This document shows, piece after piece, positions 1 through 9,913 of a DNA stretch of 64,000 bases; position 1 is the stretch's first letter; each line of letters begins with the position of its first letter. This stretch comes from an uncultured Gammaproteobacteria bacterium (GTDB taxonomy: Bacteria > Patescibacteriota > Microgenomatia > UBA8517). The notes beneath the pieces are model-generated. The model worked only from the letters and a program-made list of their open reading frames with translations, made no database searches and was not told the origin of the DNA. A program made the position numbers and the translations under genes. The DNA lies in contig CAZMSJ010000001.1 of the NCBI GenBank assembly GCA_964568925.1, forward strand, positions 1,115 through 65,114. The letters are read 5' to 3'.

Positions 1-485
1 ACTTTAAGACCAGCAATTTCACCAGCTTGTTTGGTTGCTTGTCGTTGTGCATCGTCAAAATATGCAGGAACAGTAATAACAGCTTGGGTAACAGTCTCAC
101 CCAAATAACTTTCAGCATCAGCCTTCAACTTCATCAAGACCTTTGCTCCAATTTCTTGTGGGGTATATACCTTTCCTTCAACATTAATTGCAGCAAGTCC
201 ATCTTTTGAGACAATTTCAAATGGAACCATATCTCGAGTTCGTTTGACTTCTGAGTCATCAAATCGTCGACCCATGAGTCTTTTTGCTGAAGCAATTGTG
301 TTTTTTGCATTCAAAATCATCTGACGTTTTGCAACGTCTCCGACTAAGTTTTTAACAGGTTCAACAACAGATGGAGTAATATTTCGTCCGGTGTCAGCTG
401 CTGGAATTACTTTTGGACTTCCAGCTTCCATAACAGACACAACAGAATTTGTTGTTCCTAAATCGATTCCAATAATTTTTGACAT
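1..485 (-). CDS. dnaK: Chaperone DnaK (N-terminal part, runs off window)
   Basis: Reverse strand from ATG at 485 reads [22 protein letters not shown]..., the Hsp70 signature; lies downstream of grpE. Confidence 0.97.
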   Translation of the reverse strand, partial: MSKIIGIDLGTTNSVVSVMEAGSPKVIPAADTGRNITPSVVEPVKNLVGDVAKRQMILNAKNTIASAKRLMGRRFDDSEVKRTRDMVPFEIVSKDGLAAINVEGKVYTPQEIGAKVLMKLKADAESYLGETVTQAVITVPAYFDDAQRQATKQAGEIAGLK

Positions 486-493
486 ATTTTTAA

Positions 494-979
494 TTAATTT
501 TTCTTATACACTTTCACTTTTGCGTACCGAATGACGGGACCATCAATAAATTTATACCCTGGAAGCGTTACCTCTGCAATTGTATCTTCATCATGTTCTT
601 CTGAAACAATTGTGTCTACTGCTTCACAGACCGTATGATCAAATATCATACCACTTTTAACCTCAATTTCAACTATTCCTTCATCCTTCAATGTGTCTTG
701 CAACACTTTCAAACTAATACCCAAACCTGCATCACCTAAGTGGCGTTGTGCGTCTGCAATCATATCAAAGATTGGCAAAAACCGAGTGATAAAACGTTTG
801 GTGATCATATCAATCATTTCACTTCGTTCACGATCAACTCTTTTTCTTAAATTTTCATAATCAGCCAGTGCTCGTGCTAATTGCATCTTCACGTTATCAA
901 GTTCAGAAGGAGTAATAACTTCTGTTTCTTCTTGAATAATTTCTTCTTCTTGTTTGGTCTGACTTTTCTTGTCGTTCAT
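494..979 (-). CDS. grpE: Nucleotide exchange factor GrpE
   Basis: [12 protein letters not shown] and FD...EAV...PGY...VIRYAKVKV motifs; start taken at MNDKK (979) to avoid overlap with hrcA. Confidence 0.95.
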   Translation of the reverse strand: MNDKKSQTKQEEEIIQEETEVITPSELDNVKMQLARALADYENLRKRVDRERSEMIDMITKRFITRFLPIFDMIADAQRHLGDAGLGISLKVLQDTLKDEGIVEIEVKSGMIFDHTVCEAVDTIVSEEHDEDTIAEVTLPGYKFIDGPVIRYAKVKVYKKN

Positions 980-995
980 AATTTTAAAATTAAGA

Positions 996-1730
996 TTACG
1001 CTGTTTGGCTGAGAGCTTCCTGAGCAAGTACTCCGAAATATCGAACGGTTGGAATGACTTGGGCATAGTTTAAACGAAAAGGCCCGACCACGCTAACTGC
1101 AAAATCATGATTGTTTGCACGGAACTTTGTTGCAACAATTCCAATAGGTGCCAAGTAGTCCCAACCCATCTCTTCACCAAACAAAACTTCAATTGGTGAA
1201 ACACCAGTTAGTCTTTCAAAAAAGAGCTCTTTCATAAAGCGCTCCTTTTCAAAGGATGCGAAAAGGTGCTGACACACTAAATAGTTAGCAAATTCTGGAT
1301 TGACGAACAAATTTGAATGCCCATATTGCCAAACAGAACCATCATCCATTGTAGAAATTGCAAATGCGTGCGTGTTTTGCGACAACATTTGTGTAATTTC
1401 TCGCATCAATCGATCTACATTTTGTCTTGAAGAATTAATTTGTTGTTTTGCACGAACTTCTTCAGCCAAACCAATCTTTTTCTCATCCATTAACTGACTG
1501 ATGTAAAACTTCATTGCAATTGGGGTTGGAACACGACCTGCGGAGGTGTGTGGCTGCTTTAAGTACCCTAAGGTGGTTAAGTCTGCCATTTCATTTCGAA
1601 TGGTCGCAGGAGATACGCCCAAGTTATATTTCTTTTCTAAGGCAAGAGAACCAACAGGCTCTGCTGTTTCTAAATACTCATCAATCAAAGCCTTTAATAT
1701 ATGTGTCTGACGAGGTGAAAGTCCTTCCAT
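996..1730 (-). CDS. hrcA: Heat-inducible transcription repressor HrcA (short form, 244 aa)
   Basis: EPVGS...VSPATIRNEMADL...GYLKQPHTSAGRVPT winged-helix signature. Confidence 0.95.
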   Translation of the reverse strand: MEGLSPRQTHILKALIDEYLETAEPVGSLALEKKYNLGVSPATIRNEMADLTTLGYLKQPHTSAGRVPTPIAMKFYISQLMDEKKIGLAEEVRAKQQINSSRQNVDRLMREITQMLSQNTHAFAISTMDDGSVWQYGHSNLFVNPEFANYLVCQHLFASFEKERFMKELFFERLTGVSPIEVLFGEEMGWDYLAPIGIVATKFRANNHDFAVSVVGPFRLNYAQVIPTVRYFGVLAQEALSQTA

Positions 1731-1733
1731 ACT

Positions 1734-1770
1734 CTGGCACTATCCTACATCGAGTGCTAATTCATGTCAA
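1734..1770 (-). promoter_or_regulatory. CIRCE operator overlapping the hrcA sigma70 promoter
   Basis: Minus strand TTAGCACTC-N9-TAGTGCCAG (1760-1734); TTGACA (1770-1765), 17 nt, TAGGAT (1747-1742). Confidence 0.9.
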
Positions 1771-1790
1771 GACCTTCTGTAAGGTTATTT

Positions 1791-1819
1791 TTGACTTAAA
1801 AACTGAGGTAGAATATAAT
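1791..1819 (+). promoter_or_regulatory. sigma70-type promoter of orphan gene
   Basis: TTGACT-17 nt-TATAAT, followed by SD AAGGAGG. Confidence 0.8.
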
Positions 1820-1850
1820 ATAGGTAGGCATTTTTATAAGGAGGATCGCT

Positions 1851-2345
1851 TTGATTCCGTTAAAATTTCCTCGTGTTTTTGATGGTGACTTAGTTGCATT
1901 AAGTGAACTTCGACTGGTATTGAGGATGGAACCGTTTGAATGGGAACTCAAGATGCTACCTCTGCTCTACATCAGTAACGAGTATTTGCTGCATAACCAA
2001 ATTAAGATTGTGCAAAGAGATACCGGTAAAATGGAGCTGCTTGATGGTAATAATCCCAATATTGCCACCAGACTAAAATCAACATTTGTTGAAAACTCGG
2101 TTCTCATAGACAAAGTTCTCGCAGAAAGGATCATAAAGGCTCGAGATGCCGGCGTCCGCTCATTTTTAAAAAGACTCACACAAAACATGATTCCGAATTC
2201 GAGCTGGAACGACGTCATAACATTCGAATCTGAAGGGACACGCCAATATGCATGTGCAATTGGAATAAATGCGGCAGGTCATGAGGTTACTAATCCACAA
2301 CACAATTTTTCGACGCACGAGAAGTTACGATTGTTTCAGACCTGA
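1851..2345 (+). CDS. Hypothetical protein (orphan cassette)
   Basis: 164 aa ORF with own promoter, SD AAGGAGG, TTG start and terminator. Confidence 0.7.
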   Translation: MIPLKFPRVFDGDLVALSELRLVLRMEPFEWELKMLPLLYISNEYLLHNQIKIVQRDTGKMELLDGNNPNIATRLKSTFVENSVLIDKVLAERIIKARDAGVRSFLKRLTQNMIPNSSWNDVITFESEGTRQYACAIGINAAGHEVTNPQHNFSTHEKLRLFQT

Positions 2346-2350
2346 CAGTA

Positions 2351-2378
2351 GGGCGGCTTTAATAAGCCGCCTTTTTTT
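2351..2378 (+). terminator. Intrinsic terminator between convergent orphan genes
   Basis: GGCGGCTT-taat-AAGCCGCC followed by T7. Confidence 0.8.
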
Positions 2379-2873
2379 CTACTCTCCTCGATATATTCGT
2401 AATTGAGCAGTTGCCACCCCAATGACATAGGGCTTGAGTTCATTTTTCCCCTTGGCTTGAAACACTTCGCAGGTATGAAAACGCAGATATCCAGTAACTT
2501 CTGGCCCAATAACAATCTTCTGTTTTCCACACTCCCGGAGAGAGACAATTGTCAGTGATTCATAGTCAACAGGGTTTGCCCGAGATTTCCTCATCAAATC
2601 GACAAACGATTCATCAGTTGGGGACTTGGGAGCTACCAGAATATGCTGGGTCGCAGTCATGATCCCAAAATGCTCAACAGGTGAAAAATAATTGCACTGA
2701 ACTTGAATACTCCCTAAACAGACAACCCCGTCATAAAAAGCCAATTGATATTTCAAGGTTGTGTGTGTGAAAGAAAAGTCAATGGCGCCACTGGTTACTT
2801 TCTTCAAGCTAAACGATCGAATCGAGGGAATCGTAGATAGATCATGTGAATGAACGGTCAAATGAGCGGTCAA
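2379..2873 (-). CDS. Hypothetical protein (orphan cassette)
   Basis: ORF; SD AAGGAGG 5 nt before TTG at 2873, TATACT further upstream. Confidence 0.65.
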   Translation of the reverse strand: MTAHLTVHSHDLSTIPSIRSFSLKKVTSGAIDFSFTHTTLKYQLAFYDGVVCLGSIQVQCNYFSPVEHFGIMTATQHILVAPKSPTDESFVDLMRKSRANPVDYESLTIVSLRECGKQKIVIGPEVTGYLRFHTCEVFQAKGKNELKPYVIGVATAQLRIYRGE

Positions 2874-2950
2874 AAGAGCCTCCTTCTTGGGTCTTACGAG
2901 CCACAAGTATATCAAAAACAAAAACAGGCAGAAAAAGACAGTGAGATTAA

Positions 2951-4651
2951 CTAGAGAGAAGAGTCTTGTGTTGGGGTATTAATAGGCTCAGTTTCACGAG
3001 CAGGTCGAGGAAACGCACGACTTTTAATAACCTTAATGAATACTTGTAATTCCTCACTCTGCAAGAGAGCTGCAACCAACAGGTAAATGCAGATACCAGC
3101 GAGGGCGGTTAACACCGTTAACACAATCAAATTTCCGGTATAGCGAGTATCCAAAACAAAGCGTTCAAAATTAACTCCCATATCGATCGTGTTCATGAAA
3201 GAGAGGCGCTTTACCCAAACAGAACGGTCAAATGTTTTCAAAATCATAAACATTGAAACACCAGAAACGGTTGCAGCAATAAGGCTCTTGGCAATTGGTG
3301 CAACTGAAAACAGAGCACCATCATGCAATTTTCGAGCCAGTAGTACGTATAAGCTTCCAATCTGAACAGCACCTGACAGCGTGTTAGCCAAAGCTAATGA
3401 CCAGACAGGCAGATGGAAAACAAACACACAAATCATTTGGATGATCACAGTTAAAACAACATCGATAATGGCAAATTTAACTGGCGTCTTTGTGTCATGT
3501 AACGCATAGAAAGCACGGGAGATAAGCATTAAAGCTGCCTGCAGAGGAATACCGATTGCGTAAGCTGAGAGTGCGAGTCCTGTTTGAATCGTTGCTTGCC
3601 AATCAAACTTGTCTGCACCAAAGAGCAGACGAACGGCAGGGACACGAAGAACAATTAAAGTGCTAGCAATTGGAATGACAAAAAACATCATTTGGTTCAA
3701 GGTTGAAAGAAACGTTTTTCGAAATGCAACATGATCATCAGCCTGTCGAGTAAGCGTTGGCAGAGCTGCTTTTGCGAGTGAAACCCCTAAGAGGGTTACC
3801 GGAAAAGCCTGCAGAGAACCAGCAAGAGTTAAATATGTGTATGAGGCGGTTGAGGTAAGAGATGCAAAAAAGAGCTCTGAGGTTTTCAGTAACTGTAAGA
3901 TTCCTAATTCAAGCATTCGAGGAGCTGCAAGCTTCCCAACCTTTCTCACTCCATCATCAATATGGAGCTTTCGAGTAAAACGAAAACCTAATCGATACGC
4001 AAACGGCAGCTGAATACCAAGGTGCGCAAATGCGCCAATCACAACACCCAAGGCTGGGGCATACAACCCAAGTTGAGGAGTTAATAACACGGTTGTGATG
4101 ATAATACCTAAGTTATAAAAGAGCGGAGCCAAGGCAGGGATAAAGAAGCGACGAGAAGATTCAAGGACCCCAGTCACCACATAACTGACCACAAAGATAC
4201 CCTGGGCCATAAAGAGAATACGGGCAACACTTGCGATGACAACAGTTTCAGGCTCAGAGAAACCTGCGGCAATGAAACTATAGAGAGGAAATGCGAACAG
4301 ACTAAATAGAATGGCCAGAGGCAAAAAGACCAAGACCCCAATATTTACTACTTTTGAGGCAATGTCCCATGCTTCCTTCGGATCCTTTTTAAGAGTTGAG
4401 GTCACAACTGGGATAAATGCTGAGGAGAAAACACCTAAGGCTAAAACCTCAAACAAAAGATCTGGGAGTCGAAAAGCAGCAAAAAACATTGCATACTCTG
4501 TTGGGTTAAAGTAGGAAAGGAGGATTCGTTTGCTCACAAAACCGAGCACTTGAGACAGAACAACCATGCTCATAATGACGAATGCAGCACTCATCACTGA
4601 AGATTGAGGCTCAGTAAAGATTTTTTTGCCCCTTCCGAATATTTCTCTCAT
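2951..4651 (-). CDS. murJ: Lipid II flippase MurJ/MviN
   Basis: AAFRLPDL...SAFIPV, P..L.G..LA.A.LP.L and RAFYAL.DTKTP motifs; start MREIF. Confidence 0.92.
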   Translation of the reverse strand: MREIFGRGKKIFTEPQSSVMSAAFVIMSMVVLSQVLGFVSKRILLSYFNPTEYAMFFAAFRLPDLLFEVLALGVFSSAFIPVVTSTLKKDPKEAWDIASKVVNIGVLVFLPLAILFSLFAFPLYSFIAAGFSEPETVVIASVARILFMAQGIFVVSYVVTGVLESSRRFFIPALAPLFYNLGIIITTVLLTPQLGLYAPALGVVIGAFAHLGIQLPFAYRLGFRFTRKLHIDDGVRKVGKLAAPRMLELGILQLLKTSELFFASLTSTASYTYLTLAGSLQAFPVTLLGVSLAKAALPTLTRQADDHVAFRKTFLSTLNQMMFFVIPIASTLIVLRVPAVRLLFGADKFDWQATIQTGLALSAYAIGIPLQAALMLISRAFYALHDTKTPVKFAIIDVVLTVIIQMICVFVFHLPVWSLALANTLSGAVQIGSLYVLLARKLHDGALFSVAPIAKSLIAATVSGVSMFMILKTFDRSVWVKRLSFMNTIDMGVNFERFVLDTRYTGNLIVLTVLTALAGICIYLLVAALLQSEELQVFIKVIKSRAFPRPARETEPINTPTQDSSL

Positions 4652-4702
4652 TGCTTGCCATTCTAACGTGAAACATGTATACTCACAAACAGCTAAATTC
4701 AT

Positions 4703-4942
4703 ATGCCAGTAATTGAAAACGCCAAACGAGCCCTCCGGGGTTCAGAAAGAAAGAGAATCATGAACGACCTCACTCGTACAAAGTTTGAGGTAGCTGTTCG
4801 TGTTGCTAAAAAAGAGAAGACTGTTAAGGCAGTTTCTGAAGCATTCTCTCAAGTTGATAAAGCTGCAAAAAAGAATGTAATGCACAAAAATCGAGCTTCT
4901 CGAATCAAAAGTAGACTCGCAAAGCTCATTGCTTCTAAATAA
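4703..4942 (+). CDS. rpsT: 30S ribosomal protein S20
   Basis: AKRALR...DKAAKKNVMHKNRASRIKSRL. Confidence 0.95.
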   Translation: MPVIENAKRALRGSERKRIMNDLTRTKFEVAVRVAKKEKTVKAVSEAFSQVDKAAKKNVMHKNRASRIKSRLAKLIASK

Positions 4943-5007
4943 CTCCTCGTTTCCACCCTGTTTTTACGTATCCTTTCTTTGCTATGATGGAGTAGTCGAT
5001 ACTGTCT

Positions 5008-5580
5008 ATGGCTGCCCAAAAGAAAAGATCACTGATTAACTTGCTCCCGTCTGATGACTATCCAGATACCCTGGGTGGAAGAATTATTGCGTGGCTTTTG
5101 ACCACATTCCGCTTCATGGTCATTGCAGTTGAGTTAGTTGTTATCTCCGGATTTCTCTTTAGATTCTTCCTTGATACCCAAAATGCAGACCTAACTGACG
5201 AGATAAATCAGAAAAAGGCACTGATTAGCTCATACCTTCCATTTGAAAATGAATTTAAAAAGACACAAAAGCAGCTCACGACCTTTGTAACCTTTGCCAA
5301 TGAAGCAAATACCTCAGAGCCAATCTTTACGGCGATAGCCGCTAAAATTCCAGAAAACATTAAAATCTCAGCCTTCTCTCAAACAGGGCCTTTGGTTAAC
5401 CTCCGTGTGACAAGTAACTCAGAACCTTCAGTTGCAGGATTTGTTGCAGACTTACAAAAAGATGAACGTTTTGCAAACACCTTAATTTCCCAAATCGAAA
5501 ACCGTGGAGCAACTGCGGCAGTTACCACGTACACAATAGAAATTAATGTAAAAGAGAAAGGAGCTCAAAATGGCAGCTAG
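5008..5580 (+). CDS. Type IV pilus alignment protein, PilN-like
   Basis: INLLP motif, one TM helix, coiled coil, IP..I.I ferredoxin-like domain. Confidence 0.75.
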   Translation: MAAQKKRSLINLLPSDDYPDTLGGRIIAWLLTTFRFMVIAVELVVISGFLFRFFLDTQNADLTDEINQKKALISSYLPFENEFKKTQKQLTTFVTFANEANTSEPIFTAIAAKIPENIKISAFSQTGPLVNLRVTSNSEPSVAGFVADLQKDERFANTLISQIENRGATAAVTTYTIEINVKEKGAQNGS

Positions 5581-6217
5581 ATGGGGTTCTGACAATCAAC
5601 TATACAAACGATACATTGCAGAGCTTGTGAATTTGTATGGAACACGATCTGATATACGAGCATTCACTGAAGTAATTTTGTCTGTCATTGCTATCTTTGT
5701 TTTTGGTGTCTTTGCACTCAGACCGACATTAACAACAATCGGTGGACTCACAACAGACATCTCACAAAAACGAGATACCTTGGCACAAATGGACCAAAAG
5801 ATAACAAACATCGCGACAGCTCAAAGTTTGTATGACTCACAAAAAACAAATATCGATCTGTTGCAAATTGCCGTTCCAACCACTCCAAGTGTCTTTGAGT
5901 ATTTAGGACAAATAGAACTCGTTGCCAAAAAGGATGGAGTGCAGATGACTTCATTAACAACAGAACGTGTTCCACTTCTTGGAGAAACACCAGTGGCACC
6001 TGTTGAAGCACAACCAAAGGAGGTAACAGATTCATCAGTTAACTTTGCGGTTACCTTCACCGGAACATATGCAGGTCTCTTTCAAACTCTTTCAGATATC
6101 GAGCATCTTCGAAGACCAAATCTTTCAAAGAACGTCTTTATGAGTAGTGAAACAACACTTACCGGAACGGTGATTACCCTGACAATAACAGGAACAGTGC
6201 CGTATATTAAAAACTAA
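5570..6217 (+). CDS. Type IV pilus alignment protein, PilO-like
   Basis: TM, coiled coil, GTY..L...L..IE.L.R motif; overlaps the pilN-like gene. Confidence 0.75.
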   Translation: MAARWGSDNQLYKRYIAELVNLYGTRSDIRAFTEVILSVIAIFVFGVFALRPTLTTIGGLTTDISQKRDTLAQMDQKITNIATAQSLYDSQKTNIDLLQIAVPTTPSVFEYLGQIELVAKKDGVQMTSLTTERVPLLGETPVAPVEAQPKEVTDSSVNFAVTFTGTYAGLFQTLSDIEHLRRPNLSKNVFMSSETTLTGTVITLTITGTVPYIKN

Positions 6218-6218
6218 T

Positions 6219-6434
6219 ATGCAAAGTACAAAATACATGCCAAAAAGTTTGAAGTTAATTCTTGCGTTAACACTTATTACCACCTTTTCGTGGATTGGAT
6301 TTGATGTATATCGATCGTTTACTCAACTGCCTCCTCCAATTGTCTCAGCAGAAATCTTGGCACCAGTTGACCCAACATTAAATGTGGATATTTTAAATGC
6401 ACTACCAAACAGGGTATATTTAAATAATCAATAA
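6219..6434 (+). CDS. Small single-TM protein (pilP position)
   Basis: 71 aa, N-terminal TM, tightly coupled within the operon. Confidence 0.6.
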   Translation: MQSTKYMPKSLKLILALTLITTFSWIGFDVYRSFTQLPPPIVSAEILAPVDPTLNVDILNALPNRVYLNNQ

Positions 6435-7781
6435 ATGAAGAAATCTAGAATTCCTACAGTCATCGGTGTTTTTACTCTCGTCATAGGCGTTGCCGTGGGT
6501 GTGTTTGCCGTTAATCAAACCCAATCATTTAGACTCGGTGCCTCTCCTGAAACAACTCCACAAGATGTTCAGATCTCAAACATTCAAGATAAGTCTGCAA
6601 CAATTACATGGAAGACAGATAAAGCAGTTGTCGGCAGTATTGTCTGGGATGAAACAGCAAATGTTTCAAAGGCAGCTGCAGACGGAACAAGTTTAAAAAA
6701 TCTTCACTCAGTAAACCTAACCGGGCTTACCCCAGGAAAGAGATATTACTTTAAGATTATTTCTTCAAACGCAACGTACTCAAACAGTGGATCCCCATGG
6801 ACATTTGATACCCAAGCAAAGGTCCCAACAAAGACGCAAGTGTTAACAGGTTCTATCTTAACGGCGACCGGACAACCAGCTGCAAATGCTCAGGTGTTTG
6901 TTTCTTCTGCAAATATGGCACTCTTGTCAGGCACCACAACTGATAGTGGAAACTGGACAGTTACTGCTCCTATTGCATCAGATGCACTCTTAAAGGAAAC
7001 CATTGATATCTTTGTACAAGGTGGAACCGAGGGAATTGCATCAGCTCAGATTAACTTTAAAGATGCACAAAACACTCCTCCAATCACGATGGGGAAGACT
7101 CACGACTTTAGAGGTACTGCAGCAATTAACAACAGTAATCAACCAGAGTCATCTCTCTCACTTCCAGTTACCCAAACAACAAGTAAGCAATCCGGTTTTG
7201 CAGTTGAAGAGACCAAGACTACCAAATCAACAACCGTTGACCTAAAGAGTATTAAAGACAAAGAACAAGTCTTCACAAAGAAGCCTGAGTTTTTTGGAGA
7301 TGGTACCCCAGGTACGTCAATTACCATTACTGTTCACTCTACTGCTGTTGCAACACAAACACTTAAGATTCCATCAAGTGGAAGCTGGAGATGGAGCCCT
7401 TCAACACAACTTGAAGAGGGTGCTCATACAATCACCATTACCTGGAAAGATGCTGCAGGAATTTTAAGAACGTTAACGAGAAACTTCACCGTAAGTGCTG
7501 CTGACAATACATCACTTGCATTTGAATCTACCCCTTCTGGTTCTACTGCTACACCAAAAGCAACTGCAACACCAAAGGCCACGAAGACTCCAACACCAAC
7601 CGTTGAGCCAACATCAACACCATCTGCTACACCAGTGGCAACAAAGACTCCTCGACCAACAGCAACACCGGCATCAACGTCAGCGTTACCTGAAGCTGGA
7701 GTAGCTGAAAACACCTACATACTTCTTGCTGCAGGTTTTGCACTCATTGCTGCATCGTTCATCATTTTTAAGAAGGCCTGA
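6435..7781 (+). CDS. Surface protein: FN3-like and Ig-like domains, Pro/Thr linker, LPEAG + TM tail
   Basis: ATITWKT...HSVNLTGLTPGKRYYFKI (FN3); Ig-like G.HTITIT; TPTPT linker; LPEAG-hydrophobic-KKA. Confidence 0.8.
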   Translation: MKKSRIPTVIGVFTLVIGVAVGVFAVNQTQSFRLGASPETTPQDVQISNIQDKSATITWKTDKAVVGSIVWDETANVSKAAADGTSLKNLHSVNLTGLTPGKRYYFKIISSNATYSNSGSPWTFDTQAKVPTKTQVLTGSILTATGQPAANAQVFVSSANMALLSGTTTDSGNWTVTAPIASDALLKETIDIFVQGGTEGIASAQINFKDAQNTPPITMGKTHDFRGTAAINNSNQPESSLSLPVTQTTSKQSGFAVEETKTTKSTTVDLKSIKDKEQVFTKKPEFFGDGTPGTSITITVHSTAVATQTLKIPSSGSWRWSPSTQLEEGAHTITITWKDAAGILRTLTRNFTVSAADNTSLAFESTPSGSTATPKATATPKATKTPTPTVEPTSTPSATPVATKTPRPTATPASTSALPEAGVAENTYILLAAGFALIAASFIIFKKA

Positions 7782-7786
7782 CAATC

Positions 7787-8542
7787 ATGGACCAATCTAC
7801 GAACGCGGTATCACCGTTTCCTACAATAAACCCTCCGGCTCCAACAACTACGATCGTTTCTCAAAGTAAACCTGGTGGAGTAAATAAAAAGATGATTGGT
7901 GCCATCATTGGTATTGTTTTATTAGTTATTGGTCTTGTGAGTGGATTGTTTTTAGTAAGTCAAAGACAACAGTTTCAGCAAAAAGCATGGGACTGCAGTA
8001 AGTATCACTTTGTAATGACCAAAGAGGGACAAATTACAGCGGTAAACGACAGTACCAATAGTGAACCACTTCAACAGGCGGACGTTTATATAAACAATGC
8101 AAAGGCGACAACACTTGATGTACCAGCTCTAAACCCTGGACAATCAGCAGTGATTGGACAAGTAACCGTGCCAGTAAGTGGAACATTTAGTTGGGAAGTA
8201 CGAGGACTCGCTGACTGTTCTTCAACCGGAAGTTTCACGGCACAAGAAACAGCAAAGTGCGTTGACATCAAAGCATATGACGACAAGTGGACAGTTTTAT
8301 CTGCAACAGAACTTACAAACTTAAAGGCAGGAAGTGTTGTGAGGTTTGCAGTAACTGGAAGTACATCAACTGGTGCATTTTCAAAAGCTCGATTCAAAAT
8401 AAATGGTGTTGTTGGTACTGAAGTAACAACAAAGAGACCAGCATCAGAAGATTTCTATACTGAATATACCGTTCCAAAAGGAACAACAACATTTACGATT
8501 TCAGCTGAGCTGTTTCACAACACCTTTAATAAGTGGTTTTAA
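7787..8542 (+). CDS. Membrane-anchored beta-rich surface protein
   Basis: TM followed by QRQQFQQKA, then Ig-like beta strands with Cys residues. Confidence 0.7.
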   Translation: MDQSTNAVSPFPTINPPAPTTTIVSQSKPGGVNKKMIGAIIGIVLLVIGLVSGLFLVSQRQQFQQKAWDCSKYHFVMTKEGQITAVNDSTNSEPLQQADVYINNAKATTLDVPALNPGQSAVIGQVTVPVSGTFSWEVRGLADCSSTGSFTAQETAKCVDIKAYDDKWTVLSATELTNLKAGSVVRFAVTGSTSTGAFSKARFKINGVVGTEVTTKRPASEDFYTEYTVPKGTTTFTISAELFHNTFNKWF

Positions 8543-8547
8543 TCCCT

Positions 8548-9795
8548 ATGAAAAAATTCATATCAGAAAACAAATTAGCAGTTGGAGGAATTGGTATAAC
8601 AGCAGTTCTCGCCTTTGTTGCAGTCTTTACCGCACTTCGCTTGTACTCTCTTCGTGCTCCTAATGCACCTGAAAGTAATCCAGGCGCAACTGATCTTCAG
8701 TGTCAGAACGGAGACCAAAATCGAGATCAAAACATGTGGCTTATTTGTGAATGTCCAAATGGATGTACACAAAAATGTGACACCTCAGCCGGTGGCGGTG
8801 GCTGTGGTTGGGTATGTGATCAAAATTGTCGACTTGTTCCTCGAGGGACAAACCCACAAGGGCAATGTACTCAAACTGATTATGTTCATGATGGCACCAG
8901 CAATTATTGTGGTGTAGCAAACATTAGCTGTGGCACATCATGCCAAGGAGGCGGTTCTACTCCGGTACCGACCCCAAGGGGGCTTTGTGATAACAGTTGT
9001 ACAACCGATGCTGATTGTGAAGCAACAAGCCCAACAGGTGCTCAATTAACATGTAATACGACTCTCAAGAAATGTGTAAATAAATTATGTCCAAACGATA
9101 CAATTCCTGGCAATAACTGCGACTGTAAAACAGCGGTACAACAATGTGGCCAGCCATGTGGTGGTGGATATCCACTTTGTGGTGCAGGATTCACCTGTGT
9201 CTATACAAAGGGGCCAACCTGTGTTGCTTCAAGTGTGGCGAACCCAACAAGTTATTGTGTGCCACAGCCGCAAGCACCAGGCTATTCATTTGCAAACTGT
9301 GTTTCACGAGACAAACTTAATTCATATCTTGTAAAGGGAACGAAGACTGTCTTTACTCCAGCGGAAGTTCTTGAAGCATGTAGTCCACAAGCGACATCTA
9401 CGCCAACAGCAACACCAACATCGACTCCTGACATTGTTACGATGGCATGTACCGCTCTTACCTTTACCTTAACAACTGCAACAGGAACCCCAACAGCTAC
9501 TGCCACGGCCACAGCAACTGCTACGGCAACCGCCACAGCCACCGCTACTGCGACTGCGACATCTACCGCTACGGCCACAGCAACTGCTACGAGTACCGCG
9601 ACAAGTACTCCTGTGGCAACAAGTACACCGACTGGAACTTCAACGGCAACGCCACGAGTAACAAACTCACCAATTGCAAAGGCAACAGAATCACCAACAC
9701 CATCACTTCCAAATGCAGGCGTTGCGTGGCCTACAATTCTCACTGCTACAGTTGGAATTCTCTTAATGGGGCTTGCGATCTTCCTCGCAATGTAA
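8548..9795 (+). CDS. Cys-rich surface protein with (Thr-Ala)n stalk and LPNAG + TM tail
   Basis: N-terminal TM, many Cys residues, long TA repeat, LPNAG then hydrophobic C-terminus. Confidence 0.8.
   Translation: MKKFISENKLAVGGIGITAVLAFVAVFTALRLYSLRAPNAPESNPGATDLQCQNGDQNRDQNMWLICECPNGCTQKCDTSAGGGGCGWVCDQNCRLVPRGTNPQGQCTQTDYVHDGTSNYCGVANISCGTSCQGGGSTPVPTPRGLCDNSCTTDADCEATSPTGAQLTCNTTLKKCVNKLCPNDTIPGNNCDCKTAVQQCGQPCGGGYPLCGAGFTCVYTKGPTCVASSVANPTSYCVPQPQAPGYSFANCVSRDKLNSYLVKGTKTVFTPAEVLEACSPQATSTPTATPTSTPDIVTMACTALTFTLTTATGTPTATATATATATATATATATATATSTATATATATSTATSTPVATSTPTGTSTATPRVTNSPIAKATESPTPSLPNAGVAWPTILTATVGILLMGLAIFLAM
9475..9650 (+). repeat. Coding (Thr-Ala)n low-complexity repeat
   Basis: ACN-GCN hexamer repeat with varied third codon positions. 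Confidence 0.9.
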
Positions 9796-9913
9796 AAGTC
9801 ACTTTACTTCTTTTTCTTTCGTGAAGGTATCTGCCTTTTCTTCACAGATATTGAGTGTCAAATTACACAGCTAATATTGTTAATCTTTCCTAAATGAAGA
9901 AACTCACTGGTGG

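Noticed and set aside
7424-9824. Antisense or alternate-frame ORFs rich in Val-Ala or Cys/His (7424-7714, 9282-9743, 9447-9824)
   Set aside because: Shadows of the Thr/Ala/Pro coding repeats.
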